Below are positions 9,823 through 19,497 of a stretch of 64,000 bases of DNA, one piece after another; positions within the stretch are counted from its first letter, which is position 1; every line of letters starts with the position of its first letter. Location: assembly GCA_051546255.1 (NCBI GenBank), contig CP128820.1, forward strand, positions 496,001 through 560,000, written 5' to 3'. The notes below the pieces were generated by a model that worked only from the letters and a program-made list of their open reading frames with translations, had not been told where the DNA came from and did not search any database. This stretch comes from Meyerozyma guilliermondii (taxonomy: Eukaryota). Made by a program: the position numbers and the translations under genes.

Positions 9823-11193
9823 ATGCCAACCATGCGTGGAATCTTGCAAGAAATTGGATTTTACAACTTGGTGAATTCACACAAGGATGTGTATGTTATC
9901 ATTCTTCTTAGAATGCTCCGGCTCGTTGGATTCGGAGCAACTTCGCTTATCATTGCGTTGTATCTTCGCGAACTTTCGTTTGATGATGAATACATTGGAC
10001 TCTTTATGACGCTCACATTCATTGGAGATTTGGTCAGCAGCTTTTTGTTGGCGTTAGTTGCCGACCAAATTGGACGACGCAACGTGCTTGTGATTAGTTC
10101 GGTTGCTATGGTTCTTACTGGAGTGGTTTTTTCAATTATTGAGAATCGGATCGTTTTAACTGTGGCCGCAGTGATAGGAATATTGACTCCTAGTGGTGGT
10201 GAAGTTGGACCATTTCGCTCAATTGAGCAAAGCAGCATTGCCTCGTTGGTTCCGGCCGAACATAGGTCTGATATTTATTCTTGGTATACTTTTTTGGGAG
10301 CTTTTTGTGCTGCTTTGGGTTCAGTTTTGTGTGGAAAACTTGTCGATTGGGCACAACTGTCTTTGGATTACAGTTTGCTTGATAGTTATAAGCTTGCTTT
10401 TGGAGGTTATACCGTTCTCGCGGTGATTCTGGTGATTCTTTCATGTACGATTTCAAGTGGAATCGAAGTTGGAATCGAAGTTCCAACTACTGGAGTTGCT
10501 ACAGAAAGTGGTGAAGAATCTCCAGACGCAGCCGGAGAACTCGCAAGACTCTTACCGGAAAGTGCCCAGCCAAAAAAGAAAAGCTTCACAATTTCAAATC
10601 TCTTCCCCAAACTTCTGCGATCCATAGTGGATATTGTCGTCAAGTTGTCGCTTCTTTTTGCTCTAGACTCGTTTGCCTCTTCGTTGGTATCCATGTCTTG
10701 GCAATCGTATTATATCAAGCAAAAATTCCACATTTCTGCTTCAGTATTAGGATCGGTATTTTTCGCAACCGGTATAGTGAGTGCATTCACTTCACTACTT
10801 TCAACTTCTTTGACAAAGAGATTAGGACCCGTGGTTACCATGGTGGCCACACACCTTCCAGCATCCATTTTATTGGCATTGGTACCATTACCGTCATCTC
10901 TTTATGTTACTATGGCAATTTTGGTGATTCGAGCATCGACTCAATCCATGGATGTTGCACCAAAACATGTCTTTTTGGCAACTTTGGTGCCCGATTCTCA
11001 AAGAACAGCAGTGTTTGGATGGGTAAATGTGGTAAAGACGTTGGCTCAGGTTATTGGTCCGTCGGTGGTGGGAGTCCTTAGTCAACATGGAGTCCTCTGG
11101 GTGTCTTTTATAATTGCCGGAAGCTTGAAAGCTACCTATGATTTGGGGATTCTTGGCACGTTTTTGGCGTACAACAGGCACCATCAGCATTGA
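9823..11193 (+). CDS. Uncharacterised ~12-TMS MFS transporter
   Basis: MFS motif A (ADQIGRRNVL), GGEVGPFRSIEQS, two 6-TM halves; first ATG 9823 (alternative 9832). Confidence 0.85.
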   Translation: MPTMRGILQEIGFYNLVNSHKDVYVIILLRMLRLVGFGATSLIIALYLRELSFDDEYIGLFMTLTFIGDLVSSFLLALVADQIGRRNVLVISSVAMVLTGVVFSIIENRIVLTVAAVIGILTPSGGEVGPFRSIEQSSIASLVPAEHRSDIYSWYTFLGAFCAALGSVLCGKLVDWAQLSLDYSLLDSYKLAFGGYTVLAVILVILSCTISSGIEVGIEVPTTGVATESGEESPDAAGELARLLPESAQPKKKSFTISNLFPKLLRSIVDIVVKLSLLFALDSFASSLVSMSWQSYYIKQKFHISASVLGSVFFATGIVSAFTSLLSTSLTKRLGPVVTMVATHLPASILLALVPLPSSLYVTMAILVIRASTQSMDVAPKHVFLATLVPDSQRTAVFGWVNVVKTLAQVIGPSVVGVLSQHGVLWVSFIIAGSLKATYDLGILGTFLAYNRHHQH

Positions 11194-12010
11194 AGGGGAA
11201 GGATTCACAAAAAAGAAGATTTTTTTCAAAAATGGAAATTTTCATTAACTGCAACCAGAAAGCTGAAGAGCAAAGATAAGATTTCCAGTGGCTATCAAGT
11301 GTAATGAAGATATTGGACGATTCGCAAGTTTGTTAAATTGAAAAAGTCACCGTCTTGATGATTTGTGACAATTTTAACCAAGTTTCTTTTCAGTCAATTT
11401 GCTGACGGTGGAGTGCAATTGAGTACTTGAAGCAGATAAATCTGAAAATTAGACTAATGGTAGGTATCTGCCAGCATCACTACCTGTTCCTATCGATGGT
11501 AATACTTGGTATACGTCCATAGCACCGCTTCCATATTTCATGAGGTACTCTGTAACAAGAAAAGTTTTTTTGATCCATGGAAAGCTTCGACTTGAAGCGA
11601 AGAAAAAAGAATATAATCACGACCAAGACTTTTGTTCCAGCTGCTGCTAGAGTTGAAGAATAGGAGTCGAATACACGAATCGAGTTAAAGTCAAGCCAAA
11701 ATCGGCTAAAGTCTGCTAAAAGTCACTTCAAAGTGCAATTTTCAGCCAAGACTCAAAACCGCTTTTGCTTCTCTAAAGTAGGTTTGTCTGGATTTTGAGG
11801 ACTAGGAACCCAAACATAAGTTTTTGTTGACGAACTCGATGCAATTGACCAGTCAATTGGTCTTTCACGGAACTTACAGCTTCTGTAGTTCCACGGACAG
11901 CTGGCATTAACATCCAGTACACCGAAGCTTACCGTATTCCATGCGCTTACATAACGCAATGCAACAGAATTTCTCAGCCGTACGAATGAGCAAGAAACCC
12001 AAAATGAAGA

Positions 12011-12050
12011 TGAGCAAATAAGCCAAGACTCAAAACTCCACTTGAGCAAA
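12011..12050 (-). promoter_or_regulatory. Two Mac1-type copper-response elements (TTTGCTCA) upstream of MDR1
   Basis: TGAGCAAA at 12011-12018 and 12043-12050, both in WWWTTTGCTCA context on the minus strand. Confidence 0.45.
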
Positions 12051-12303
12051 TATGCGATAACCACAAGCTGACGACAACCAAAAATCGATGACTACAACTT
12101 CCACCAAAAAAATGAACACTCACCAAAACTCATTTCAAGTCATTTTTAGCCTCCCAACACAAACTTATTATAACTCAACACCCATTGTCATTTGTTCCGT
12201 CTTGTCATCATTATGACGCATTGGGTCCGGATCCGAAACATGCGACAAACTTATCGCCGCGCGTTGCTTCGTAACCGTGCGATTACAAATTTACCTTCGG
12301 GTA

Positions 12304-12318
12304 TTCCTCATTGGGAAA
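12304..12318. promoter_or_regulatory. Mcm1-type element in MDR1 promoter
   Basis: TTCCTCATTGGGAAA, resembling the Mcm1 core of the C. albicans MDR1 benomyl-response element; TATATAA at 12723-12729. Confidence 0.5.
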
Positions 12319-12773
12319 GTGCGGGAGGGTTAAGTCCTAATGCCGTTCGAATATCTAAAAAAAACCCGCGAACCAAGCGTCGTACTGCAGACAAGCGTGC
12401 ATATGTCATTAAATGGAAAATGCTTAACGAAAGCCACAGAGTTGATATGAAGAGCTAAGAAGAAGGTGACAGGCCCCTAAAGGTATAGCGAAGACACAGG
12501 TCTTTTCTCCTTTTTTTCTGGTTGAAATTGGGGAAATAACAGCCCCCTGGCTGGATCCTGTTTTCTCCGTCTCTGTGCAGCCGTGCTGAGTCCGGATCTC
12601 GCCAGCCGGGCTTACCGCATTGAGCGTTTTCACCACATTATCGCCGTAAACACCGCCACGAGCCCAGGTTTTTAGGTTTGGATTACTCAACACCGTGCAA
12701 CAGTTTGGTGGCAACATACGGCTATATAAGGATGCGGCAGAACCTCATTTTATTCATTATTTTTTGAGCTTCG

Positions 12774-14492
12774 ATGAGACATTTTGTCAGAGATAGTTTT
12801 TTCGGCCGCATGGTCTACCATGGATCCGGCCACAGGCTCTTCAACCACAAGGAGGAAAGACCCGATTACGTGGTTCCCGCCAAATATTTGGGCGAAAGTG
12901 AAGTTGCGGAATTCAATGAAAGTAAGAAATCTACCGAGGGTAATACCGAGGGTATTGCCGAGGGTTCAGCTGGTTCGAGCAGTTCGACTCTCAGTCAACC
13001 AGAGGCAAAGGATGAAAAGGATGCGGAAAATGCGGAAAAAGATGAGAATGACTACATAATGGTGGACTTTGATGGACCGGATGACCCGGAAAATCCTTAC
13101 AACTGGCCTTTGTGGCAGAAAGTCATCTTTGCATTTCAAATCGCCTTCTTGACGGTTTCCGTCTATATGGGTTCAGCCATTTATACCCCCGGTGTTGATG
13201 TGCTCATGGCAGATCTCAACATTACTCGTGTCAAGGCAACACTTCCTTTGACTATGTTTGTCATTGGTTATGGTTTGGGACCAATGGTGTTCTCTCCAAT
13301 GTCTGAAAATTCCATGTTTGGAAGAACCTCCATTTACATCGTCACCTTGTTCATCTTTTTCATTCTCCAGATTCCTCAGGGATTCGGTCTGGGAACTCAC
13401 TCGATTGCATCTTTGACGGTACTCCGTTTTCTTTCTGGAATTTTTGCTTCTCCAGCCTTGGCTACCGGTGGTGCCAGTTTTGGAGATGTGGTGACTTTGC
13501 CATATATGCCCGTTGGTATCGCTGCCTGGAGTATGGGTGCGGTTTGTGGTCCATCTTTGGGTCCTTTGATTGGTGCTGCGTTGGTCAATGGTACACATGG
13601 AGAATGGGTTTGGACTTTCAGATTCATGATGATCATTTCCGGTACTTGTTTCCTTTTCCTTACATTCTTCCTTCCTGAAACCTATGGAAAAACCATTTTG
13701 CGTCGTAAGGCTCAAAGATTGAGAGCTTTGACTGGTAATGAAAAAATCATCAGTGAAGGAGAACTTGAAAACAAACACTTGACTCCAAGAGAAGTGGCCA
13801 TTGATACTCTCTGGAGACCCATTGAAATCTCCATTTTCGAACCGGTGGTTCTTTCCATCAACCTTTACATTGCCTTGGTGTACTCCATCATGTACTTGTG
13901 GTTTGAGGCTTTCCCAATCGTTTTCATCGAAACTTATCACTTTACTTTGGTCGAATTGGGTGTCTCGTATACCAGTGTGATGATCGGTATCATTATTAGT
14001 GCCGCCCTCTATATTGTCATCATCTACAGACAGTTCACCAAGAAGTTTTTGACGGGCCAAGCTGAAACAATCACCCCAGAAGTGTTCATTCCTTCGTCCA
14101 TCTTGGGTAGTGTCATGATGCCAATTGGTATATTTATTTTCGGATGGGCATCTAGTGCTAACCAACACTGGATGGGTGCTATGATCGGTGCTGCAACTTT
14201 TGCTTTTGGTGCATTCTTCATTTTCCAAACCCTCTTTAATTACATGGCCATGTCGTTCCCTCGTTACATGGCTTCTGTGTTTGCTGGAAATGATTTGTTC
14301 AGATCGGTGATTGCAGGATGTTTCCCCTTGTTTGGAAGTGCATTGTTTAACAACCTCAAAACCAGCAAGTTTCCCGTTGGTTGGGGCTCGACCATTTTGG
14401 GATTCATTTCCGTTGGAATGATTGCTATTCCTGTGGCATTCTACATGTTTGGCCCCAAAATCAGAGCTAGATCTAAATACGCTGGCTTTTAA
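12774..14492 (+). CDS. MDR1: 12-TMS MFS multidrug:H+ antiporter, DHA1 family (Mdr1/Flr1)
   Basis: FVRDSFFGR N-terminus, DGPDDPENPYNW, SVYMGSAIYTPG, SPMSEN..FGRTSIYIVTLF, ASVFAGNDLFRS. Confidence 0.92.
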   Translation: MRHFVRDSFFGRMVYHGSGHRLFNHKEERPDYVVPAKYLGESEVAEFNESKKSTEGNTEGIAEGSAGSSSSTLSQPEAKDEKDAENAEKDENDYIMVDFDGPDDPENPYNWPLWQKVIFAFQIAFLTVSVYMGSAIYTPGVDVLMADLNITRVKATLPLTMFVIGYGLGPMVFSPMSENSMFGRTSIYIVTLFIFFILQIPQGFGLGTHSIASLTVLRFLSGIFASPALATGGASFGDVVTLPYMPVGIAAWSMGAVCGPSLGPLIGAALVNGTHGEWVWTFRFMMIISGTCFLFLTFFLPETYGKTILRRKAQRLRALTGNEKIISEGELENKHLTPREVAIDTLWRPIEISIFEPVVLSINLYIALVYSIMYLWFEAFPIVFIETYHFTLVELGVSYTSVMIGIIISAALYIVIIYRQFTKKFLTGQAETITPEVFIPSSILGSVMMPIGIFIFGWASSANQHWMGAMIGAATFAFGAFFIFQTLFNYMAMSFPRYMASVFAGNDLFRSVIAGCFPLFGSALFNNLKTSKFPVGWGSTILGFISVGMIAIPVAFYMFGPKIRARSKYAGF

Positions 14493-14680
14493 TTGTTCTT
14501 ATGAGATATGCATATAGATTAATGATAACGCCTAATTGTTCTTTGCGCTCGATCTCGCATGCATTTGCAGCAAGCGAGATTTAACATGCATCATGCACGT
14601 TGCAATCAATTTGCAGCCAATAACACAAATTCGTTACAGTTTAATTACTCATTCTTTATCCAATTCCAGTATATAGCTCA

Positions 14681-14706
14681 TGAGCAAATTGATTGTAAAT
14701 TGCTCA
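14681..14706. promoter_or_regulatory. Inverted pair of Mac1-type CuREs upstream of FRE7
   Basis: TGAGCAAA 14681-14688 (perfect) and ATTGCTCA 14699-14706 (one mismatch). Confidence 0.65.
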
Positions 14707-14812
14707 TCGATATGCGCCATTATTCTTTCCTATTCTAGCGATGCGGCTCGTTTTTACGAAGCCCGTCAACAATATATGAACAGTGGAGAATCGAGGTTTT
14801 TGCCCACCAACA

Positions 14813-16630
14813 ATGAATAAGCATATGATGATGGACCTGGGTTCAGGCTCCAGTGGTGCCACTTACAAGGGATTGGACTGTGTGGCCGACGCCCAAACCG
14901 CACTTTATGCATCTTACCATAAGCAGCTGCAAGCAGAGGTTCCGTGGACTGAACAACCCAAGTACGCCAAATATACCGTGTACTTTGGAGTAGTGGTTGT
15001 GTTTATTGCTATGGTCAAAAATTTGTGGTACCGGGTGAAAGATCGTAGATATGGCGAAAATCACCATACTTATGGATCAATCTTTTCATCTTTCTGGGAC
15101 GTTATTACGAGTTATTGCAGATTTTTCGGATACAAACAGTTGCCGCTGTCGCTATGCAAGATCTTTGGACTTCCACCATCGGTAGGCTCGTTTCTATTTA
15201 TGGCTGCAAGTGCATTCTATTTATTTTGCTACTGCTTCATACCTCATTTTTGGTACCGAGGTTGTGGAGGTTTTGGTTCTCCTCCATTGGCAGTCCGAGC
15301 AGGAGTTATGGCTACAGCATTGACTCCGTTCGTGTACTTGTTGTCTGGAAAATGCAACATGATCTCGTTGCTTACTGGAATTTCCTATGAAAAATTGAAT
15401 TCTATCCATCAATTTGTTGGATTAGCAGCTTTGGTGCTCTCTATAATTCACACCATCCCTTTCATCCACCAGGATCTTGTGGAAATTGGCACTTCTGGCT
15501 TGCGGAAAAACTTTTCCACTGACTTTTACTATAAAAGTGGTCTCCCACCTTTGATCCTTTTGGGTCTCTTGTGCACGCTATCCAACAAGTGGGTTCGTCG
15601 CCAGTGCTACGAGGTGTTTGTTTCGAGCCACTGGGCGTTTGGAATTGCATATTTTGGTACATTGGTGTGGCACATCAATAAGAGCTTGGATATGCAAAAT
15701 TACATGTGGGGAGCTTTGGCTTTCTGGGCATCTCAAATCGGTTATCGGATTTTGGTGAAGACAGCGTTCAAACCCAATGCTCTTTTCCTTCGTCCTAGAC
15801 TTGCAAAGTTGACCAGATCGGGTCCAAATGCCTTTTTGGTTTCCATTCCTGGCAATTCAGTTTCTTGTATGCCTGGTCAACACTGCTACCTTCGTTTTTA
15901 CGGCTCGAGAATCTTGGATAACCATCCTTTCTCCGTGGCTACCATCCCAGACGAAGAGAATCCCGACATGAAGTTTGTGGTTGTTCCTAAAAAGGGCCTT
16001 ACGAAAAAGTTGCAAATGGAACTCGAACAAAATATTTCCATGAACAAGAAAGTTTATGTCGACGGACCTTATGGGGGAAGCAGCCGAGACTCTAACTGTT
16101 TTGACAAGCTTATTCTCTTAGCCACAGGCAGCGGAGTAAGTGCCGTACTTCCATTTTTGATGAAACTGGCGAATTTCATTGCTGCAAATCGTCAAAATGA
16201 AAAAGTTGAAAATCGCCAAAAAGTCCACTTTGTGTGGATTGTACGCTACGAGCACGATATAGGTTGGTTCCAGGACGAAATCAGTCGCTGTATAGAGCGT
16301 GCTGGAGACGCCCTTGAAGTGAGCATTTATGTCTGTCAAAAAGGCTATGTTGAGAACGAAGCACCCAAAGCCAAAGAAGAAGAAATAGAAACCACCCGCA
16401 AAGATTTGGGTATAGATGTGGTTTACGGAAAGCCAGATATCACCCAGGTGCTCCGGACGGCCTCAGTGATTCTTGGAAGACGAAATATGATTGTTTCTTC
16501 AGGCTCAGATTCGATGAAGGCTGCGGTGAGCCAAGTTGCATCCAAGCTCCAGGCCCGGGTATTCAACTCAGATGCCAACCACCAGGGTGTGGAGGAGGTT
16601 TACTTGCATACAGAGTCGTTTGGGTGGTAA
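14813..16630 (+). CDS. FRE7: Ferric/cupric reductase, Fre7-like
   Basis: GFGSPPLAVRAG, LSGK, YEKLNSIH, HPFS (FAD), VDGPYGG, LATGSG (NADPH), ESFGW; first in-frame ATG 14813. Confidence 0.9.
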   Translation: MNKHMMMDLGSGSSGATYKGLDCVADAQTALYASYHKQLQAEVPWTEQPKYAKYTVYFGVVVVFIAMVKNLWYRVKDRRYGENHHTYGSIFSSFWDVITSYCRFFGYKQLPLSLCKIFGLPPSVGSFLFMAASAFYLFCYCFIPHFWYRGCGGFGSPPLAVRAGVMATALTPFVYLLSGKCNMISLLTGISYEKLNSIHQFVGLAALVLSIIHTIPFIHQDLVEIGTSGLRKNFSTDFYYKSGLPPLILLGLLCTLSNKWVRRQCYEVFVSSHWAFGIAYFGTLVWHINKSLDMQNYMWGALAFWASQIGYRILVKTAFKPNALFLRPRLAKLTRSGPNAFLVSIPGNSVSCMPGQHCYLRFYGSRILDNHPFSVATIPDEENPDMKFVVVPKKGLTKKLQMELEQNISMNKKVYVDGPYGGSSRDSNCFDKLILLATGSGVSAVLPFLMKLANFIAANRQNEKVENRQKVHFVWIVRYEHDIGWFQDEISRCIERAGDALEVSIYVCQKGYVENEAPKAKEEEIETTRKDLGIDVVYGKPDITQVLRTASVILGRRNMIVSSGSDSMKAAVSQVASKLQARVFNSDANHQGVEEVYLHTESFGW

Positions 16631-16740
16631 TTGAAAGAATTTTGAAAATTGAAAGAATTTTTGAAAAAAATTCTTGAAATTTTAAGAGAACTTTATTGAA
16701 GGTAATTTTTGAAAAAAAATCCTGAAATTTAAAAAAACTT
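16631..16740. repeat. AT-rich imperfect direct repeats downstream of FRE7
   Basis: TTGAAAGAATTTT twice and AATTTTTGAAAAAAA..TGAAATTT twice. Confidence 0.7.
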
Positions 16741-16959
16741 CTTTCAATGATGTACTTGTCGAGCATCTTCTGAGTACTTTGAAGAGAGCATAGCTAGAAC
16801 TTTCTAAAGCGTCTTGACGAAAGCGTATATATCTTGCAAAGCAGCTCGCTACAATAAGTCAATAGACCTGCTTTTATTTATTACAAAAAATTTGAGTGAA
16901 GTCATATTTTAACTTTTTTTCATATTTAATCCTTTCATCTTAATCTTTCATACTCTTTT

Positions 16960-17757
16960 CTAATTTTTGGGACACTTTTGAATCCAGTCGTCGAGATTCA
17001 TATTCTTTATAATGGTGGAAAATTTCTTTGCGTTTTTGTTGTTGCAGATTTCTTTCACCTTTGCAGCGCTAACATTCTTGTTGTTCAGAGTTTCTCCTTT
17101 TGGGTACTCAACGTGAAAAACTGCCTTGTTAGCCTTGATAAATGGCTGGTACAAGTCACATTCGTCATACTCGACACACTCTTCTTGCACACAAAAATCC
17201 ACATCTCCCACTACATCGTCCACTATAGCACCGCCGTTCTTCAAGCTGACCGCAAGACCACGCTTGTGGGCTTCTTTTGCCAAAAATTTGACATAATTGA
17301 TGGAATCTTTCTTTGTCAAACCAAGTCCATTTTTATTATCGTAGCCATCAATGTTATCGGGGTCAATTCCATCGCACTTTTTGTCCACTGCCATGTCCAT
17401 TCTGGCCTTCATGATACTCCGAACATTGTCCGAGTTGAGATCAAGCCATTTTTCACCTTCCCAGCCATCCAATGGTTTCCCCAAATCCGACAGTTTAAAC
17501 TCGTTCTTGTCGGGTCTCCAGTTCTCGTAGCTTCCCGCCGAAAAGTAACATACCACCTTGATTCCCTCGTCCTTAAACTTGGCAATTGACGTTTTGGAGT
17601 TGTCAAAAAGATCAATATCGTAAACTTCGATTCCTTTGACTGGAGTCTTTAAAGCTGACTTAAGATGGTAATCCCATGTAACTTCAGGTTTGGGAGCCCA
17701 TCTGGCAGTAGCATTCACGATACTGAGTGCCCAGAGAAGAAAAGTAACTCCTTGCAT
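16960..17757 (-). CDS. Secreted GH114 endo-alpha-1,4-galactosaminidase (Ega3-like)
   Basis: Signal peptide from ATG 17757; YDIDLFD, CYFSAGSYENWRPD, CDGIDPDNIDGY, LKNG, VQEEC, VFHVEYP, FSTIIKNMNLDDW. Confidence 0.9.
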   Translation of the reverse strand: MQGVTFLLWALSIVNATARWAPKPEVTWDYHLKSALKTPVKGIEVYDIDLFDNSKTSIAKFKDEGIKVVCYFSAGSYENWRPDKNEFKLSDLGKPLDGWEGEKWLDLNSDNVRSIMKARMDMAVDKKCDGIDPDNIDGYDNKNGLGLTKKDSINYVKFLAKEAHKRGLAVSLKNGGAIVDDVVGDVDFCVQEECVEYDECDLYQPFIKANKAVFHVEYPKGETLNNKNVSAAKVKEICNNKNAKKFSTIIKNMNLDDWIQKCPKN

Positions 17758-18230
17758 TTTAGTTAAAATGACTTGTGAAGAATGAATTTTGAGCGTGCGC
17801 CAGTTATTTATAGGAAACAATCTTGCCGCACCAGAATATGCACGGAACGGCTGCGCCGACAAAAAAGATACGAATTACGAAAAAAGTTGAGACAGTAATT
17901 TGGTAAAAAGAGACTTTTTGCTCTTCTAATGTTACGTGATGGCAATAGAGGAGACTTGGAAATAGAGTATTTGATACTTGTCTTAGATACTCAAACTTGC
18001 CAAATCTGCAGTGTCTGCACAAAAAAATCGTGCATGCCAAGCCCCCAAAACGGATAACCAATACCGTATATGTGCGTCCAAAATAGTAACATTCCATAAG
18101 TATGACAGGAGACTACATAAATATTTCGCTGCAGATTGTGACATGATTCCTATTCCTTCGAATAGTTTTAGACCAAACCAATTTCGAGTGAAATAATTAA
18201 ACTGGGATTTAATGTAATTCTATCTTATTC

Positions 18231-19304
18231 CTACTTTGATTCCTTGACTTGCCCAATCTTGATCAAGTGGTCCAAATCCTGTTCCACCGCATCCCAGAAC
18301 TGGTTGAGAGTAGTATACTTGGGTTTCCATCCAATTTTATAGCCATTGTCACCACGAGACCTGGAATTAGTACCCCAGTAGTATGGTGCAAATACGTCTC
18401 CATCCTTGAGTTGAACAATTGGGTCTGGTTGAAGCTCTTGCACCTTGTCAGTTTTCACAAGTTTACGTTTGTAAAGTACCTCACCAACTTTTTCTGACAA
18501 TTTTCTCCACAAATGCTCGACTTCAGTGGGTTCTTCAGTTGGAGTAGGCTCATTCTTGAGAGCCAAAGAACCAAAATAGTAGCCCTCTCTGCCCTGAGGA
18601 ATGCTCTCGCCAGCCACGAGCTTGTCGAGAACAACCTTATAAAGCTCTCCCAAGTCGTGGATGTGAATATGACTCCAAATAGCTTCTCCAGAATACACCG
18701 AAAATGGACCATCGTTCTTGACACTAGCCTTGATCAATTCTGGAATCTGGACCGAATTGACCTTGTCGTAGCCATGGCTGATACCAAAAATAAGCGATGG
18801 ACAAATAACAGCAGTTTTGACTTGCGGGTTCTTTTCCTGGATTTCCAAGATGAGCTTGTCGACGGGACGGTGAGGAGCATCATCACGAATCAGGTTAATT
18901 TCGTCAATATCCTTTTCGTCCGACCACACTTTCAAAGTGGGCTTCTTGTTAGCATCCAAGGGTTCTCCCAAAACTGAAGTTCCTGAGGTATGAATGAGAA
19001 TAGTTGGTTCTTTTTTCGCAGTCAATGCCTTGCGGAGCACTTCCGCACTCGGAACATGGTCCACATTAGCAGTATTAATAATAATGTCACTTGCACGAAC
19101 TTGCTCCTCGATCAATTCCAAATCGTCAAGTTGTCCAATTACCGTCTGGACTTTGTTTCCCGTAGCTTTTTTGAGTTTTTCGGCTTTTTCTTCCGATCTC
19201 ACCAATGCAGTAATCTCATAATTCTTGGAGCAATTGAGAAGCTGGTACAACGCCTCTCCTCCTATGTATCCGGTGGCACCTGTAATAAACACTTTGCTCG
19301 TCAT
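18231..19304 (-). CDS. Atypical NAD(P)-binding SDR / epimerase-family protein (YLL056C-like)
   Basis: KVFITGATGYIG Rossmann motif, IHTSGTS, WSHIHIHDL. Confidence 0.85.
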   Translation of the reverse strand: MTSKVFITGATGYIGGEALYQLLNCSKNYEITALVRSEEKAEKLKKATGNKVQTVIGQLDDLELIEEQVRASDIIINTANVDHVPSAEVLRKALTAKKEPTILIHTSGTSVLGEPLDANKKPTLKVWSDEKDIDEINLIRDDAPHRPVDKLILEIQEKNPQVKTAVICPSLIFGISHGYDKVNSVQIPELIKASVKNDGPFSVYSGEAIWSHIHIHDLGELYKVVLDKLVAGESIPQGREGYYFGSLALKNEPTPTEEPTEVEHLWRKLSEKVGEVLYKRKLVKTDKVQELQPDPIVQLKDGDVFAPYYWGTNSRSRGDNGYKIGWKPKYTTLNQFWDAVEQDLDHLIKIGQVKESK

Positions 19305-19497
19305 AGTCAAGAAATGGAAATTAGGGTCTAATAATTAAGGGTATATCCTGGCTTTATAGGTCTTCGTGTACTGCAACATTCTTGCTACTTCTCTCGCATG
19401 ATGACAAAAATCACGTGAACCAGCTGAGCTATTGTAACTGATTTGTCAGAACAGGGTTCCGACAAAGCCACCGAAAATGCCACATTGACGTATTTTG

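Noticed and set aside
11914..11923. CCAGTACACC, resembling a telomerase template for an ACTGGTGT repeat
   Set aside because: Only 10 nt, the species is unconfirmed, and no convincing pseudoknot or Sm site is visible.
11744..12036. 16-bp direct repeat AGCCAAGACTCAAAAC at 11744 and 12021 as LTR or transposon ends
   Set aside because: No TG...CA ends, target duplication or coding remnant; most likely a local duplication.
13173..14228. 351-aa antisense ORF inside MDR1, and similar ones at 6422-7099, 43922-44782, 55729-56406 and 61314-62066
   Set aside because: Shadow frames of well-supported genes, with no recognisable motifs.
14776..14820. Out-of-frame uORF overlapping the FRE7 start
   Set aside because: Its ATG sits in a TATA-like AATATATGAA and probably lies upstream of the transcription start.
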